Shown here: one piece after another, positions 36,301 through 52,619 of the stretch
How positions within the stretch are numbered: position 1 is the first letter of the stretch
Layout: the number at the start of each line of letters is the position of its first letter
Assembly: GCA_028826165.1 (NCBI GenBank)
Contig: JAPDFW010000057.1
Location: 532,726 to 596,725 of the forward strand
Direction: 5' to 3'
Source: Anaeramoeba ignava BMAN
Taxonomy: Eukaryota > Protista > Anaeramoebae
DNA length: 64,000 nt
Position numbers and translations under genes: made by a program
The notes under the pieces: model-generated
Seen by the model: the letters and a program-made list of their open reading frames with translations, nothing else
Databases searched by the model: none
What the model was told of the DNA's origin: nothing

Positions 36301-39300
36301 TATTGCTGTTATTTGATTTTGATGTTAAATTTTCTTCTTGATCATTTTCGGAAACAATCTCTTTGTCGATTTCTTGCTCAATTTCTTGGAAAACAAGACT
36401 TGGAGATCGAGAAACGAAATTTGGAGAGTTTCTGAGCTTTGATTCAAATGAAAATTTGGAGGCAATTCTATTCTTTGTGAGTAATATATTTGACAAATAT
36501 TTTGGACAATATTGCTCTTTGAAATGGTGATTGAAATACACTTGGATTTTAGTTGATGAATTGTACGTTTTCAATGGGGATTGCGAAATTGCAACAAAAG
36601 CCCATTTTGATTTGGGAAGATCAAAATCGAAGGATAAACTCGTATTTTCTGTTTGTGTGTTTAAATTGAGAATAAAAACAATTTGTGGAGGTTTTGGCGC
36701 TTTTTCTTTGGAGAGTTCTTCCAAGTTGATTTTTAGAAGAACAGAAAACTCTATTCCATAGCCTTCATCATTGAGAAAACTGAAAATTGTTTGTCCATCT
36801 TGATCGAAATGATGGTTTTGACTATAATTTTCCAGACTCTGGAAATAAATCCAAGTGCAAAAACTCCATCCGTTTTGAGGCCATTCTTCAATTGTCGGGA
36901 GAGACAAATGACCCAAATGGAAATCAAAAAAGGAAAACGGCTGAGGCTTTTTATATTCTTTTGCCATTTCCTGGAGCATTTTGAAAAGGAAAAACAAATA
37001 AGATATTTGGTCTTCCCTTTTGAACTTATTGATATTGCTGATCAGAATATGCATGTCTTTAATTGAGATGCCGAGACGAGCAATTGCCATAATGAGTCTC
37101 GAAACTTTTTTCTGCAAAGTGGAATCTTCTATTTTTGGCAGTGTCTCGCTCAAAAAAGATATCAATTCAGCATTATAACAGCACAAAGTGTTGTGAATTG
37201 ATTTTTTGCAAATATCCAAAAAAAGATCCAAAAGTTTGGAAAAAAGCATCAAATTCTCTGATTTAAAATAGAGATTAAACAGCATTGATATCAAATAGTG
37301 GTTCTTGATTTCGAAATTTTCTTGTTTGTCGAATTTGCCAGTATTGACAAGAAGATTCAACAATAAATAAAATATTCTTTCATCTGGATTATTCATTTGT
37401 GATCTCAGAATGAGCGATCCAAGAACTTGAAACCCAATAATACGATCGAATCTGCTGACATTTTCGTAAGAACAATAGAGAAGTTCTGTAAGGGTTTGGA
37501 CAACGAAATGAGAGACTTTTGTGTTCAATCCTGGGATTGTTAGAAGGGATATCAGCATTTCAAAAATACCGATATCAGGCATTAGTTTCTGCAAGGCCTC
37601 TCTGTTTGACTTGATGGATTCAGATGCCAATTTGAGCAGATCTTGTATATAAACCACTGGTGGTTCTGGAAGTTCCTTGGGGATGTTCACAGTGTTTTTC
37701 CGACTTGATTTAATATATCTTTGGATTTGTTCGTCGGAAACATCTTGATCATTCTCCTCACGCAGTTTATAAAGCTGAGACAGCGAAAGAACTAGCTCCA
37801 AATACATGTAGAAAAATTTTTCGTAAGTTCCCAGAAAGGGAGGGTTTATTGAGCACATCATCCGATACATCATGTTCAATACAAATGTTTTTGTTTTCTT
37901 TTCAAAAATGTGTGAAATGATATTGATATTCCAGGAGTTGATTTCCAATGCTCTTGAACATGCAATCGGATCAGAGAACAAAATATCGAAAAGTCGGAAC
38001 ACTTGATATCTCACTTGGAAATAAAGTTCTTTTGTGTTTTCTGTCTCATCAAACACGGTATTGATTTGTTGTTCTGTTATTTTTGATAATCTGTCAACAA
38101 GAACCGAATAAAACTCAAACACACTTGAATCGAAAAATAACTGCGAAAAGAGTCTGATTTTTGACTTGAGAATTTTGACAAAGTATTTTGTAATGTCATA
38201 AAGAATATCAAGTCGTTTTGTATTGCCTTTCACAATTTCAAGCAAAATCGATATTTGATTTCGGTGATTGGGATAATTCGTTAAAACATGTGTAAATAAT
38301 TGAAAGAGTTGGCTCTTTACAATTTCGTTTTGTGGACTTGAGTCCTAAAATATAATTCAAATATAAAAAAAATGAAAAATCAATACAAACCAATTTGATT
38401 TTATCTTTTCCTTCTTAAAAAAAAAAAAAGGAAAAGAAAAAGCGAAGGAATAATTTTCCTACTTCATAAATTTCGAGAATCATTGTTTTCCATATTTGAT
38501 TTTTATAAAATGATTGACTAAAATCGTCTGTGAAAAGAGCAGCAAAGAAATCCAGAGTATATAAACGAAGAGAATGAATTAATTCATGTTCGATTTTATT
38601 TTTCTGCATAAAAACAAGATAGCACACTTGATGATATATGAATATTAATATTGTTGATATTTGTATTTGAATCAATTTGATCGATTGCCACTTGGTAATC
38701 TTTCAATAATAAATCCTGGAATTGCAATTTTTTGCGGTTAATTTTGGTTTTTTTCTTCGTATTTTTTAATTGATTTTGTGATTTGTGTAATGTTTTATTT
38801 TTTTTGCTTTCCAAACAAATTTCTTTCAAATTTGCGAATAATTGATGAGTTTTTAAATTATTTAAATAGGAAGATGGAATTTTTGGAAGCGGAATAAATT
38901 TATCTGAATAAATTTTTTCTCTCACTGGAATTTCCTGAGGTAATTCAAGTTTAGTTTCTAAATTAAAACACAAAGAATAATAAAAAAAAATAGAAGAAGA
39001 TATTTTAAATGATTGAAGAATTTTAAGCTAATAAATATTTGTTCTTAATTTTTGTACCGGAAATGTTTTTGTTAGAGTCTTTTTGTTCTGTATTTATTTC
39101 TGATTGGATTTGATCATTTGAATTAATTATAATATTTTTTTTATTCATATTGATATTATTGATATTATTATTATTGTTGATATTAATGCTTTTTGGATCA
39201 TGAAAGGATTTGAAAACCCAGAAAATTAAATTGGTGAAAATAGTCAATGGAATTGTATTGCAAACAAGAGTCTCAATTTGTGCGTTATCTTTGATTACAA

Positions 39301-40767
39301 TATAAACTAAATCAATCACAACAATTCTGATTTGAAATTCATAAGATTTTCTTTCTTGTTCTGTTTGGGAAAATTTAGATGGTGGGAAATATAATGACAA
39401 ATAATAATCAAGAGTATTTTGAGCATTTTTTGTTGTTTCTCGTTTGAAAAAATTTTCTGGTAAAGGAAGAGTGAAATCAGGTGTTTCAAGAATTGGAGTG
39501 ATAGTTTTGAAAAGGAATAGTAAATATTCAGGACTGATAAGTTTTCTTTTTCCCAAAATTCTGAAAAGATCAATTAAATCAAATAAAAGATCATGTTGTT
39601 CTTGATTAAAAATGAATTTCTTTCTAAATTGAACTAATCTCAACAAAAATTCTAATTGATGAAAAATTAAAATTCATTTATAAAATTAAAATTAATTTAT
39701 AAAATTAAAATTAATTTATAAAATTAAAATTAATTTATAAAATTAAAATTAATTTATAAAATTAAAATTAATTTATAAAATTAAAATTCATTTATAAAAT
39801 TAAAATTCATTTATAAAATTAAAATTAACTTGAGGAAAATTGTATAATAATTGGTAATATTGATTTCATGGTTTTTTGATCAAAAGGAGAATTAATATAA
39901 ATATTTGATATTGCAATTAATTTAGAAATGAGATATTCAACTAAAAAAAAGTTGCAACTATGTTCATCTCGTTGATCTTCTTCAAAACGTTTCTAGATGA
40001 AAAAAATTAAAATAAAATTCATTTATAAAATTTAAAATTTAAAATAAAATAAAATAAACTACTTGTTCGAGAAGAGAACTTGCTCTAAAAATGACTTGAT
40101 GAGCAATATTTTCTAAAAAAAGAAATAATTGATATTTTAATAAATTTTTTTGATTATAAATGGATCTTGAAAGAATTAAAATCATCTCAATAGAAATTAA
40201 AGAAGAGCAACTAATCTCTAAAATTTCAATTTCTTTTTTTTTGTGTTTGTTTGTAATTTATTTATTTTTGAATAATTGAGTTTGAATATTTTTTTTTTCT
40301 TCTTTTTTCTTCTTTTTTGTTTCTTATTTAAAGATACTTTGAGAAAGTGATTCTAAAAAATCATAAAGAATCTGAAGTGTTTCAATGATTAATTTTTCAT
40401 GATGAAGTTGATCTTCTTCATATAATTTTGCAGAAATAACATCTAATTTTTTTGATAAAGGAATTTCTGGTTTCCAATTTGAATAACTTTTTAAAAACAA
40501 TTCTGCAAATTGAAAAAACCAAGAAAGTTTATCTTGCTAAAATTTTTATAATTTATTTTTTTTGAAATTATTTTAAAAAAAATATGAAAAAGTAAATTCG
40601 AATTCGAATCATCAATTTTACTTTATTATTGATAACTTTATTTAAATCCCAAATTTTTTGTAAATTTGATCCATTGGGAATATGATTAAGAAAATTTGGT
40701 TCTTCTTGTGAAGATTTTTGAAAAATTTTTAATTTTTCTTTTTTGGTAAATCAATGAGATGAGACAT
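30302..40767 (-). CDS. BEACH-domain protein (ARM region, ConA-like, PH, BEACH, WD40); neurobeachin-like/Lvs family
   Basis: WPQNGWSFCTWI (ConA-like), W..[86 protein letters not shown], then WD40 repeats. Intron 31942-32016 lies inside BEACH. Several small 5' exons between 38.3 and 40.8 kb; the start (MSHLIDL at 40767) is tentative. Confidence 0.93.
39662..39828. repeat. 19-nt tandem repeat AAAATTAAAATT(A/C)ATTTAT in a BEACH-gene intron
   Basis: About 8-9 visible copies filling the intron. Confidence 0.85.
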
Positions 40768-41006
40768 TTTTTGTTTATATAAAAATTAAATATGAAAATA
40801 ATAATAATTAAACAATAAAAAAAAAAGAAAGAAAAAAATGAAATTTCAAAAAAATTTTTTAATTATTTTTGATTTTTATTACGATTTTAGAAAAGAAAAC
40901 CATAATAAAAAAAAAGAGAGAAAAAAGGATTTTGTTTTTTTTTTTTTGAAATCAATTTTAAAAAGTGAAAAAAGTTCAAATTATAAGAATTTTTTTGAAA
41001 GAATGA

Positions 41007-43912
<2,906 letters not shown>

Positions 43913-44180
43913 TTTTGTTTTTGTTTTTGTTTTTGTTTTTGTTTTAATTAAAAATAAAAAATGAAATAAAAAAAAAATGAAAAAGAAAAATGAAATAAAA
44001 AAATTAAAAAGAAAAACGTTTTTCTTCTTTTTTTTTTAATTAAATTTTTTTTTTCTCCTTTTTGTTTTTTTTTTTTTTAATTAATTTTAATAAGAAACTT
44101 AAGTCATTTTTTTCATTTTTGTTTTTAATTAATTTTTATTAAATTTCTTTTCATTTTTTTCTTTTCTTTCTTAATTTTAA
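43913..44180. promoter_or_regulatory. Bidirectional promoter between Rab14 and the AAA ATPase
   Basis: 268-nt divergent gap. TCATTT faces Rab14 on the minus strand (43962, 43978, 43991) and faces the AAA gene on the plus strand (44104, 44113, 44151). Confidence 0.55.
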
Positions 44181-47100
44181 ATGAATTCTTTAACTTATTT
44201 TCCTTTTTTAGATGAAATTGAAGAATTTATTTCATTTGCAAATAAACCTTATAAAAATCAACAAGAATTTTTACAAGTTTGATTTTAATAAAATAATAAA
44301 AATAAAAAACAATTTAATTTATCAAGTTTACTTTTGAAAAATTTTTGTGAAATAGTTTGTTGAATTAAAAATTATTATTAAAACAATAATGTTATTTATG
44401 GATAACTCAATTTTAGAAATGGCAACAAAATCAAATAAAAGTATAATTAAATTTTTATATTGAATTTAATTGAATTTTATATTTAATCAAATTTTATATT
44501 TAAAAAGATTTCCAAAATATTGTTGAAATTCGTTCTTTTACTACAGATATTTATAATCTTTTAATAAAATCACATGAAAAGAGAAAATCACTTTCAAATG
44601 TAATTTATATTTTCATTTTAAAAAATTTATTGTATTTTAATTTATTTTAATTTATTAGTTTGAACCAATTCATAGAAGAATTTGTAGAAAATTAAAAATG
44701 TCAGAAATTGAAACTGATTTAATTGAAATAATTCTTGTTTCTCAAACAAAAAATTGGGTAAATTTTAAATAGAATAAATAAATGAATGAATTTAATAATA
44801 ACAATTTTTTTTCCGATTTTATATTTATCAAAAAAAAAAAAAAAAAGATGAGAGAAAATTATTTCAGGATCAATTTGAAAAGAAGATTAGAAAGTACAAA
44901 AAAACCAAAAAGATTTAAAAACAAATCCTTTTATTGGATAATTCGAAAATATCGAAAAAAATTTGTAAACAATTTTCTTTTTTAGGAATTAAAATGACAA
45001 ATTTTTTTTATTGAAATAAAAATAAAAAACACAAAAGAATTCTTACGCGATGAATTCTCTTGATATAGCAGAATCTCAAATGTTGAACGAAGTTGTGATT
45101 AAATATATTTCTGGGATAGCTATGAAAGATGTTTATCAATTCTTTCTTCCAAATAGAATTTTTATTAAAGATCATCTTGTTTGTTTTATGAAAGAATATG
45201 ACACTTTTTTTTCACGATTTTTACTTTCTGATTATTTTATGCAAGCATTAACTGGAGTAGAATTTGAAAAGGAAATGATGCAAGAAATATATGGAACAGC
45301 ATTACATAAAATTTTAATTGAAGAACAAAATGAAAAAATTAATGAAAATATTAATGAAAATATTGATGAAAAAATTGATGAAAATATTAATGAAAATTTT
45401 AATGAAAATTTGGGGGATGTCGAATTATTCCAGTTTATTAGGCAGGAATTAAATAGCTTGAAAGAGAATGAAGTCAAGATTCAAAACGAAGAAGTGACAA
45501 AAATTAAAGAAATAAAAAATGGAAAGGAAGAAGAAAATCAAATAAATGCTGAGCCATTTAAATCGGATTTTGAATATTTGTCTCATTTCTTCACTTGGAT
45601 GCTTGCCAAGATTGAATATAGAAAAGAAGAGAAATGGCTGAAGGATTATGCACATTACAACATTTATGATTATGATTATCATTTATTCTTCCCAATTTTA
45701 GATAATTCAATGAAATCTAATAGACAACTTTTCATGGATAGAACAAAAGCCACTTTGCTTGAGGCAAAGAAGACATCAGGATGGATTCCGAGACTTGAAA
45801 AATTAGCAATACTGAGGAAATTGGTGGATTTCGAAAAGCTCATAATTCTGTTTCTTGCAGGAGTTGAGCTGTGTCCTTGGATGGCTCATTTGAAAGTGAA
45901 TATTTTTGCTTGTGAAAACAAAATGAAGAAAAAAAGAGAAAAAGAAAAACAAGGAAAAACAACTCCTTTTGAAGAATGGACTGAAAATCCGCTTGGAGTT
46001 GATCCGAAAGGTGTTCCAATGGCAACTTTACTTTCTCATTTGTGCATAAATCTTACAGAGGAAATTATTTCTCGCAGATATTTCTATAAAACAGCAACTT
46101 TGATCAAAGAAGGAATAGTCAGAATGGTTTCTCATTATTACTCAGAAGATCCTGAGGATATCTATTTTTCCTTGGATCAGAGACTTCTTGACTATATTGC
46201 AGGCTTAGATACTGAATCCGATGAATTGCTTACAGGAACTTCTCTTTATTTTTCTCATGTCAAAGTGGAGCAAGTTATTCTTCCTGAAAATATTAAGAAA
46301 TTAATTATGCAATCAACAGAAAATTTCACACAATTCGAAATGCTCAGAAAAAGATTAGAATTTGAATCAGTTATTGGTGATTCAGGTGGTTTTTCAATGA
46401 TGTTTTATGGATCTAGTGGCACTGGTTTGTTTTTATGATTAAGAAATTTAGGATATTATATTTATATCTATTATTAAATAATAATAATAATAGGAAAAAC
46501 AATGATGGCAAATGCTCTTGGAAATTATTTGCAAAGGAAAATATTGTTAGTTAATTTCCCTCAATTATGGCTTAAAGACCCAGCAAAATCATTACGTTTA
46601 ATTTTTGTAAAAATTCAAAATTATAAAAATCCAAAATTGAAAATTAAAAAATGAAACCAAATTTTATAGAAAGAAGCAAGAATCCAAAATGCAATCCTTT
46701 TCTTCGATGAATGCGAACAATTATTTGAGCAAAGAGGAAAAGATGATAAAGAAAAGCAAGTAAAACAGAAAACAAACATTTCGATGATGCTAACAGAATT
46801 GGATCGTTTTGATGGACTAGCAATATTTGCGACAAATCGTCCATTTGATTTGGATGAAGCAATGCATAGAAGAATTACATTAAGTATTGAATTCAAAAAA
46901 CCAGACGCATTCACAAGAGAACAGATTTGGAAAACGCATCTACCCAAAGAAATTAGCTATTCAGAAGATATTGATATAACCTCCATTTCTCAAAAATATG
47001 AATTAACTGGAGGTCTTATTAGAAATGCTGTTTTGGCAGCTTTGAATTTTGCAATTTCACGAAGAAATAATGAAAATATGGATGAAAATGATATGAAATC

Positions 47101-47980
47101 AATCAAAATCACACAAAAAGACCTTGAAAAGGCATCCACAATTCAACTCAAAAACTTTCTTGAAATGAAACAACTTTATCGAAACATCATCCCCAAAAAA
47201 GGATTGGAATCATTGTTTGTTGAGGAGGAAGTGATGAAGCAATTAAAGGAAATTGTGAATGTGGAAAAAACAGGTCATGTGCTTGAAAATTGGGGATTTG
47301 GAGACGAATTTGGAAACACAAAAGGAACAATTGTTCTGTTTTATGGAGAATCAGGAACAGGAAAAACTCATGCAGCTCATTCAATCGGTTTTGAAATTGG
47401 AAAATCACTTGATATTATAAACTCGGCAGAATTACTGTCAAAATATATTGGAGAAACAACCAAAAATATCGATAGAATTTTCCAAGATGCTCGCAATAAT
47501 GATAGACTGCTTGTTTTTGATCAAGCAGAAGGATTGTTTGGAAAGAGATTCCAAACCAATTTTCATTCCTCAGAACGCTACTTGAATATTGATTCTGGCG
47601 TTCTTTTATATCATTTGGAAAATTTTCCAGGAATTGTTATTTTATGTACAAATTCATTAGAATTCATAGATCAAGCTTTTTTTAGAAGATTTCATTATAT
47701 GATCAGATTCGATCAACCAAATTTAAAATCTAGAGAAAAAATTTGGAGAAAATTAATTCCAAAATCAATTCCTCGCAAAGAAGAGTTTGATTTCCATTCT
47801 TTGGCTCAGAAATATATTCTTAATGGAGGTGAAATCCAAAATGCTGTTAGAGGTGCTTTGATTAAATTTGCTTTGAAACCAACAGATCTCCAAGTTTTAT
47901 CAATGGATGATTTAATAGAATCCGCAAAAAAAGAATTTCTTAAAATTCATAAAAATGATTTTCAAATGAATCATTTTTAA
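44181..47980 (+). CDS. Double-AAA ATPase of bacterial-like type (multi-exon)
   Basis: AAA1: FYGSSGT|GKTMMA, ILFFDECE, ATNRPFDLDEAMHRR. AAA2: FYGESGTGKT, LVFDQAEGLFGKR, DQAFFRRF, GGEIQN. Introns at 46425-46493 and 46607-46669, plus several short 5' introns (44277-44355 and others). The ATG at 44181 is tentative. Confidence 0.88.
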
Positions 47981-48052
47981 AAGAAATTTCGAAATAATAA
48001 AAACAATAATAAAAACAATAAAAATTTTTATTATTCTTTTTATTATTATTCT

Positions 48053-50825
48053 TTATTGATTTTTGTATTCAATTTCTAATGATTCAAAATCATCTGAAAT
48101 GATATTTTCATTTATATCTTGATTGATATTTTCATTTTTATCATAAGGAAGAGGAAGATAATGAATTTTCATTAAAGATTGTTCTCCTTGAACTCCAAAA
48201 CGTAAAGGAAATCCATAAAATCCTGTTCCTTTGTGAATATACATTAAATTATAAGAATTTGCATAAACCTAAATTGAAAGAAAAAAAATATCAAATAAAA
48301 ATCTTATTAATTAATTAAAAAAAACAAAAATTCTCTTTTACTCCTTGATCATAAACAAAAGGTTTCATTAAAGTAAATGGAATTCCAAGAAAATTTAATC
48401 CAATTTGTCCTCCATGTGTATGTCCAGTTAATGATAATGAATGATGTTCAGAAGGTATTTTATCAAAATCTTCTGGTTCATGAACTAAAACAATTCTAAG
48501 ATCTGTTCCTTTAAAACTGGATTGGCAAACATTTCTATAAACTGTTGGCAAAGTAGAAGTTCCAAATCCTAAAATTTCAATTTTTTGATCATCTTATTTT
48601 GAAAAATTTTTAATCAAAAAAGAAAGGAAATTTTAATCAAAAAAAAGAAAGGAAATTTGATTTTTTTTTGAATTAATTAAATTTTACTTATTTCGATAAT
48701 TTGAGATCTATTTTTAAGAACAATAATATCACAAAATTCCAAAGCTAAAAATTCAAATTAAATTAAAATTAAATCAAATCAAATTAAATCCAAATTAAAT
48801 TAAATTAAATCCAAATTAAATTAAATTAAATTAAATTAAATTAAATTAAATTAAATTAAATTAAATTAAATTAAATTAAATTAAATTAAATTAAATTAAA
48901 TTAAATTAAATTAAATTAAATTAAATTAAATTAAATTAAATTAAATTAAATTAAATTAAATTAAATTAAATTAAATCCAAATTAAATCCAAATTAAATTA
49001 AATCCAAATTAAATTAAATCCAAATTAAATTAAATCCAAATTAAATTAAATCCAAATTAAATCCAATCCAAATTAAATCAAATTAAATCCAAATTAAATC
49101 CAAATTAAATCAATCCAAATTAAATCCAAATTAAATCAAAATTAAATTAAATCCAAATTAAATCCAAATTAAATTAAATTAAATTAAATTAATTTAAATC
49201 CAAATTAAATCGATTTAAATTAAATCCAAATTAAATCAAATCAAATTAAATCCAAATTAAATCCAAATTAAATCCAAATTAAATTAAATCTAAATTAAAT
49301 TAAATCCAAATTAAATCCAAATTAAATCCAAATTAAATCCAAATTAATCCAAATTAAATCCAAATTAAATTAAATCAAATTAAATCCAAATTAAATTAAA
49401 ATTAAATTAAATCCAAATTAAATTAAATTAAATTCAAATTAAATCCAAATTAAATTAAATTTAATTAAATTAAATTAAAATTAAATTAAATTAAAATTAA
49501 ATTAAATCCAAATTAAATCAAATCAAATTAAATCCAAATTAAATCCAAATTAAATTAAATTTAATTAAATTCAATTAAATTAAATTAAATCCAAATTAAA
49601 TCCAAATTAAATCAAATTAAATCCAAATTAAATTAAATCAAATCCAAATTAAATCCAAATTAAATCAATCCAAATTAAATTAAATCAAATCCAAATTAAA
49701 TTTAAATTAAATTCAAATTAAATTAAATTAAATTAAATCAAATCCAAATTAAATTAAATTAAATCCAAATTAAACCTTCAACAATTCCAGAAAAATATTC
49801 AAGATCATGATTTCCAGTACATGCAAAAACTTTTCCTTTCATTTGAGAAAGTGGAGAAAGTGCTTGTTTTAGAAGTTGAGTTCCTTGAAAATTTGCAGTT
49901 TCATGAGTTAAATAATCACCTGTTAATAAAATTAAATCAGGTTTTCTTTTTACAGCTCTTTTACAAATTTTATATAATCTTCTTTTACTCATCCAAGGAC
50001 CTAAATGTGGATCAGTAATTTGAATAATTTTTAAAGTTTTCCAATTTTCTTGATTAATAGATTTTTTCCAAAAAGATTTTTTTCCGATTTGAGAAACTTT
50101 TTTTGTAAAGACTGAAAATCTATTTTTAATTTTAATTTTAATTTTAATTTTAATTTTAATTTTAATTTTCAAAATGAATTTTAATTTTAATTTTAATTTT
50201 AATTTTAATTTTAATTTTAATTTTAATTTTAATTTTAATTTTAATTTTAATTTTAATTTTAATTTTAATTTTTAAAATACTTTTGATTGGGATTAAATGT
50301 TAAATGAATTGTAGTTTCAAAAGTACAAAGACTTAAGAAAATACTAATAATAGCAATAAAAATCAAAGGTGCAAAAACTACATAACGAGGAATCAAAGTA
50401 TTAGAAATACCAAAAAAAAACATTCTCATTAAAAAACAACCAGGAAAAGCAAGAAGAGTAATTGAAGTAAAAAAAGCAGAAGGAATAATTAAAAAAATTC
50501 TTGATAAAAAACTTGATATTCGATGTTTAAGAAAAAGAAATGTTTGAATATAAGTAAGAAACCATAAAAAAAGATAAACATAATGAACAACTCCAATCCA
50601 TAACGAATTAGTTGGGTTTTCTTTTGGATAAAATAAATATTTTGGATCCCAAATTTTGGATCGATCATTATGAATTGGTTCAAATAGAAAATTATATTCA
50701 AAAGATGATAATATTAAAGCTAATGCATGATATCCATATGAAAAAAAAGGAACTCGAAATTTTGCACATAAAATGATTGGAATAAAACTTGGAATAAGAA
50801 GAAAAGTACCAAATAATGATAACAT
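48053..50825 (-). CDS. Membrane-anchored calcineurin-like metallophosphoesterase (YkuE/YaeI/TMPPE-like)
   Basis: Hydrophobic N-terminal exon (50825-50281), then TDPHLG, LTGDY, GNHD, VHEP, LTGHTHGGQ and GTGFYGFPLRFG in order across five exons. Confidence 0.9.
48745..49775 (-). repeat. 1031-nt intron of TTTAA pentamers and TTTGGATTTAA units
   Basis: Plus strand (TAAAT)n and AAATTAAATCC arrays fill intron 2 of the phosphoesterase. Confidence 0.93.
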
Positions 50826-51236
50826 AAAGAATTTGAAAAGAAAAAAAATGATTTTTTTTAAAATTAAAATCAAAATTCAAATTAAAATTAAAATTAAAAT
50901 CAATATTAAAATTAAAATTAAAATTAAAATTAAAATTAAAAATCAAAATCAAAATCAAAATCAAAATTAAATTTAAAATTCAAATCAAAATCAAAATTAA
51001 AATTAAAATTAAAATTAAAATTAAAATTTAAATCAAAATTAAAATTAAAATTAAAATTAAATCCCGAATTCTTATTTAATTGAAATAATAATAAAATATA
51101 AAAAGATTTTAAATAAAAGAAAAGAAAAAGCAAAAAAAAAATATTTTTTCATTTTTTTTTTCATCTTTTTTTTATTTTTTTTTAAAATATTGGAAATATA
51201 TAAAATACCAGAAACAAAATAAAAATAATATCAAAA

Positions 51237-52434
51237 ATGACTGTAAAAGCAGAATCAGTTATAGCAATAATAAGTGGATCATTTGGAATGACGGGTTCTA
51301 TTGGAATTATGCTAGTTCATTTACTTTATCCATCTTTAAGAAATTTATTTAGAAAATTAATTGTTATTTTATCAATATATGATTTTCTTCTCTCATTGGC
51401 ATATATGATTAATGGTCCTCAAAATAGTGTTGTATGCAGAATTCAAGTTATTTGGGAATCTGCTATGATGATTGCTACTCCTTGTTGGACAACAGTTGTT
51501 TCTTTAGTTACTTATTTGAAAATTAGGAATTATCAAGATTCTCAAGTTGATAAAATTCAAAAAATTTTGCATTTTGTTACTGCTATTTTTTATTTAGTTA
51601 TTTTTATAATTTGGAGTATTTATGCAGAAACTGATACAAAAGATACTCATTGGTTTGCTTTGAAAATTTAAAATTAAAATTTAAAATCAAAATTAAAATT
51701 AAAATCAAAATTAAAATCAAAATCAAAATTAAAATTAAAATTAAAATCAAAATTGAAATCAAAATTAAAATCAAAATCTAAAATTAAAATTCAAATTAAA
51801 ATCAAAATTTAAATTAAAATCAAAATCAAAATCAAAATAAATCAAAATCAAAATCAAAATTAAAATCAAAATCAAAATCAAAATCAAAATCAAAATTAAA
51901 ATTAAAATTTAAAAATTTAGGTGTTTTACAAAACAAAGATCTCTTTTAATGACACTTTATTTAATTTGGTGGTTTTTCTTATTAGTAATGATAATACTTT
52001 ATATTCTTAGTACAATAAAAATTCGAAAAGCATATAAATCATTAGCTTCAGTAAATTCAGTACTTGAAAAATTACGAAGAAAAGAAAAAATTAAAGTTCA
52101 ATTAAGAATGACACTTATTCCAATTATTTATATATTAATAGCAATTCCTTCTTCAGTTAAAAGAGCTAAAGAAGTGTTTTTCTTAAATAACACTGATTTT
52201 ATAACTCTTGATATTTTTCAAGCTATTTTCGATCCAAGTCAAGGAATTTTTGATTGTATTTTATTTGTTTTTATGGTTAAAGATGTCAGAACAAAAATAA
52301 AAGATTCTTTTAAGAAAATATTTTGTAACAAAAAATATTCTGAAGATCCAACAACTTTACTTTTAAGTTCAATGAATAGTCAACCTTCTTTACATTCAGA
52401 TCAAGAAGATAATTTCCAAAGTTCTGATAATTAA
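51237..52434 (+). CDS. 7TM GPCR, cAMP-receptor-like/GCR1 (family E); exons 51237-51652 and 51921-52434
   Basis: Seven hydrophobic segments, with RKLIVILSIYD, CRIQ, CWTTVV, W|CF, IPIIYILIAIP and QGIFDCILF. Intron 51653-51920 (gtttgc...tttag) is filled with AAATTA/AAATCA hexamers. Confidence 0.85.
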
Positions 52435-52619
52435 ATAAATTCCAAATTTTCTTTCATTTTTTTTTCTTTTTGTTTTTTTTGTTTTGAAAAATTAATTCCT
52501 AAAAAAAAAAATTTATTTTTTCCTCATTTTCAAAATTCAAAAAAAAAAATTTAAAATAAAATTTAATTCAATTTGTTATTTTGTTTTTTATTAATTTTTT
52601 TTTTAAATTAATTTCGTTC

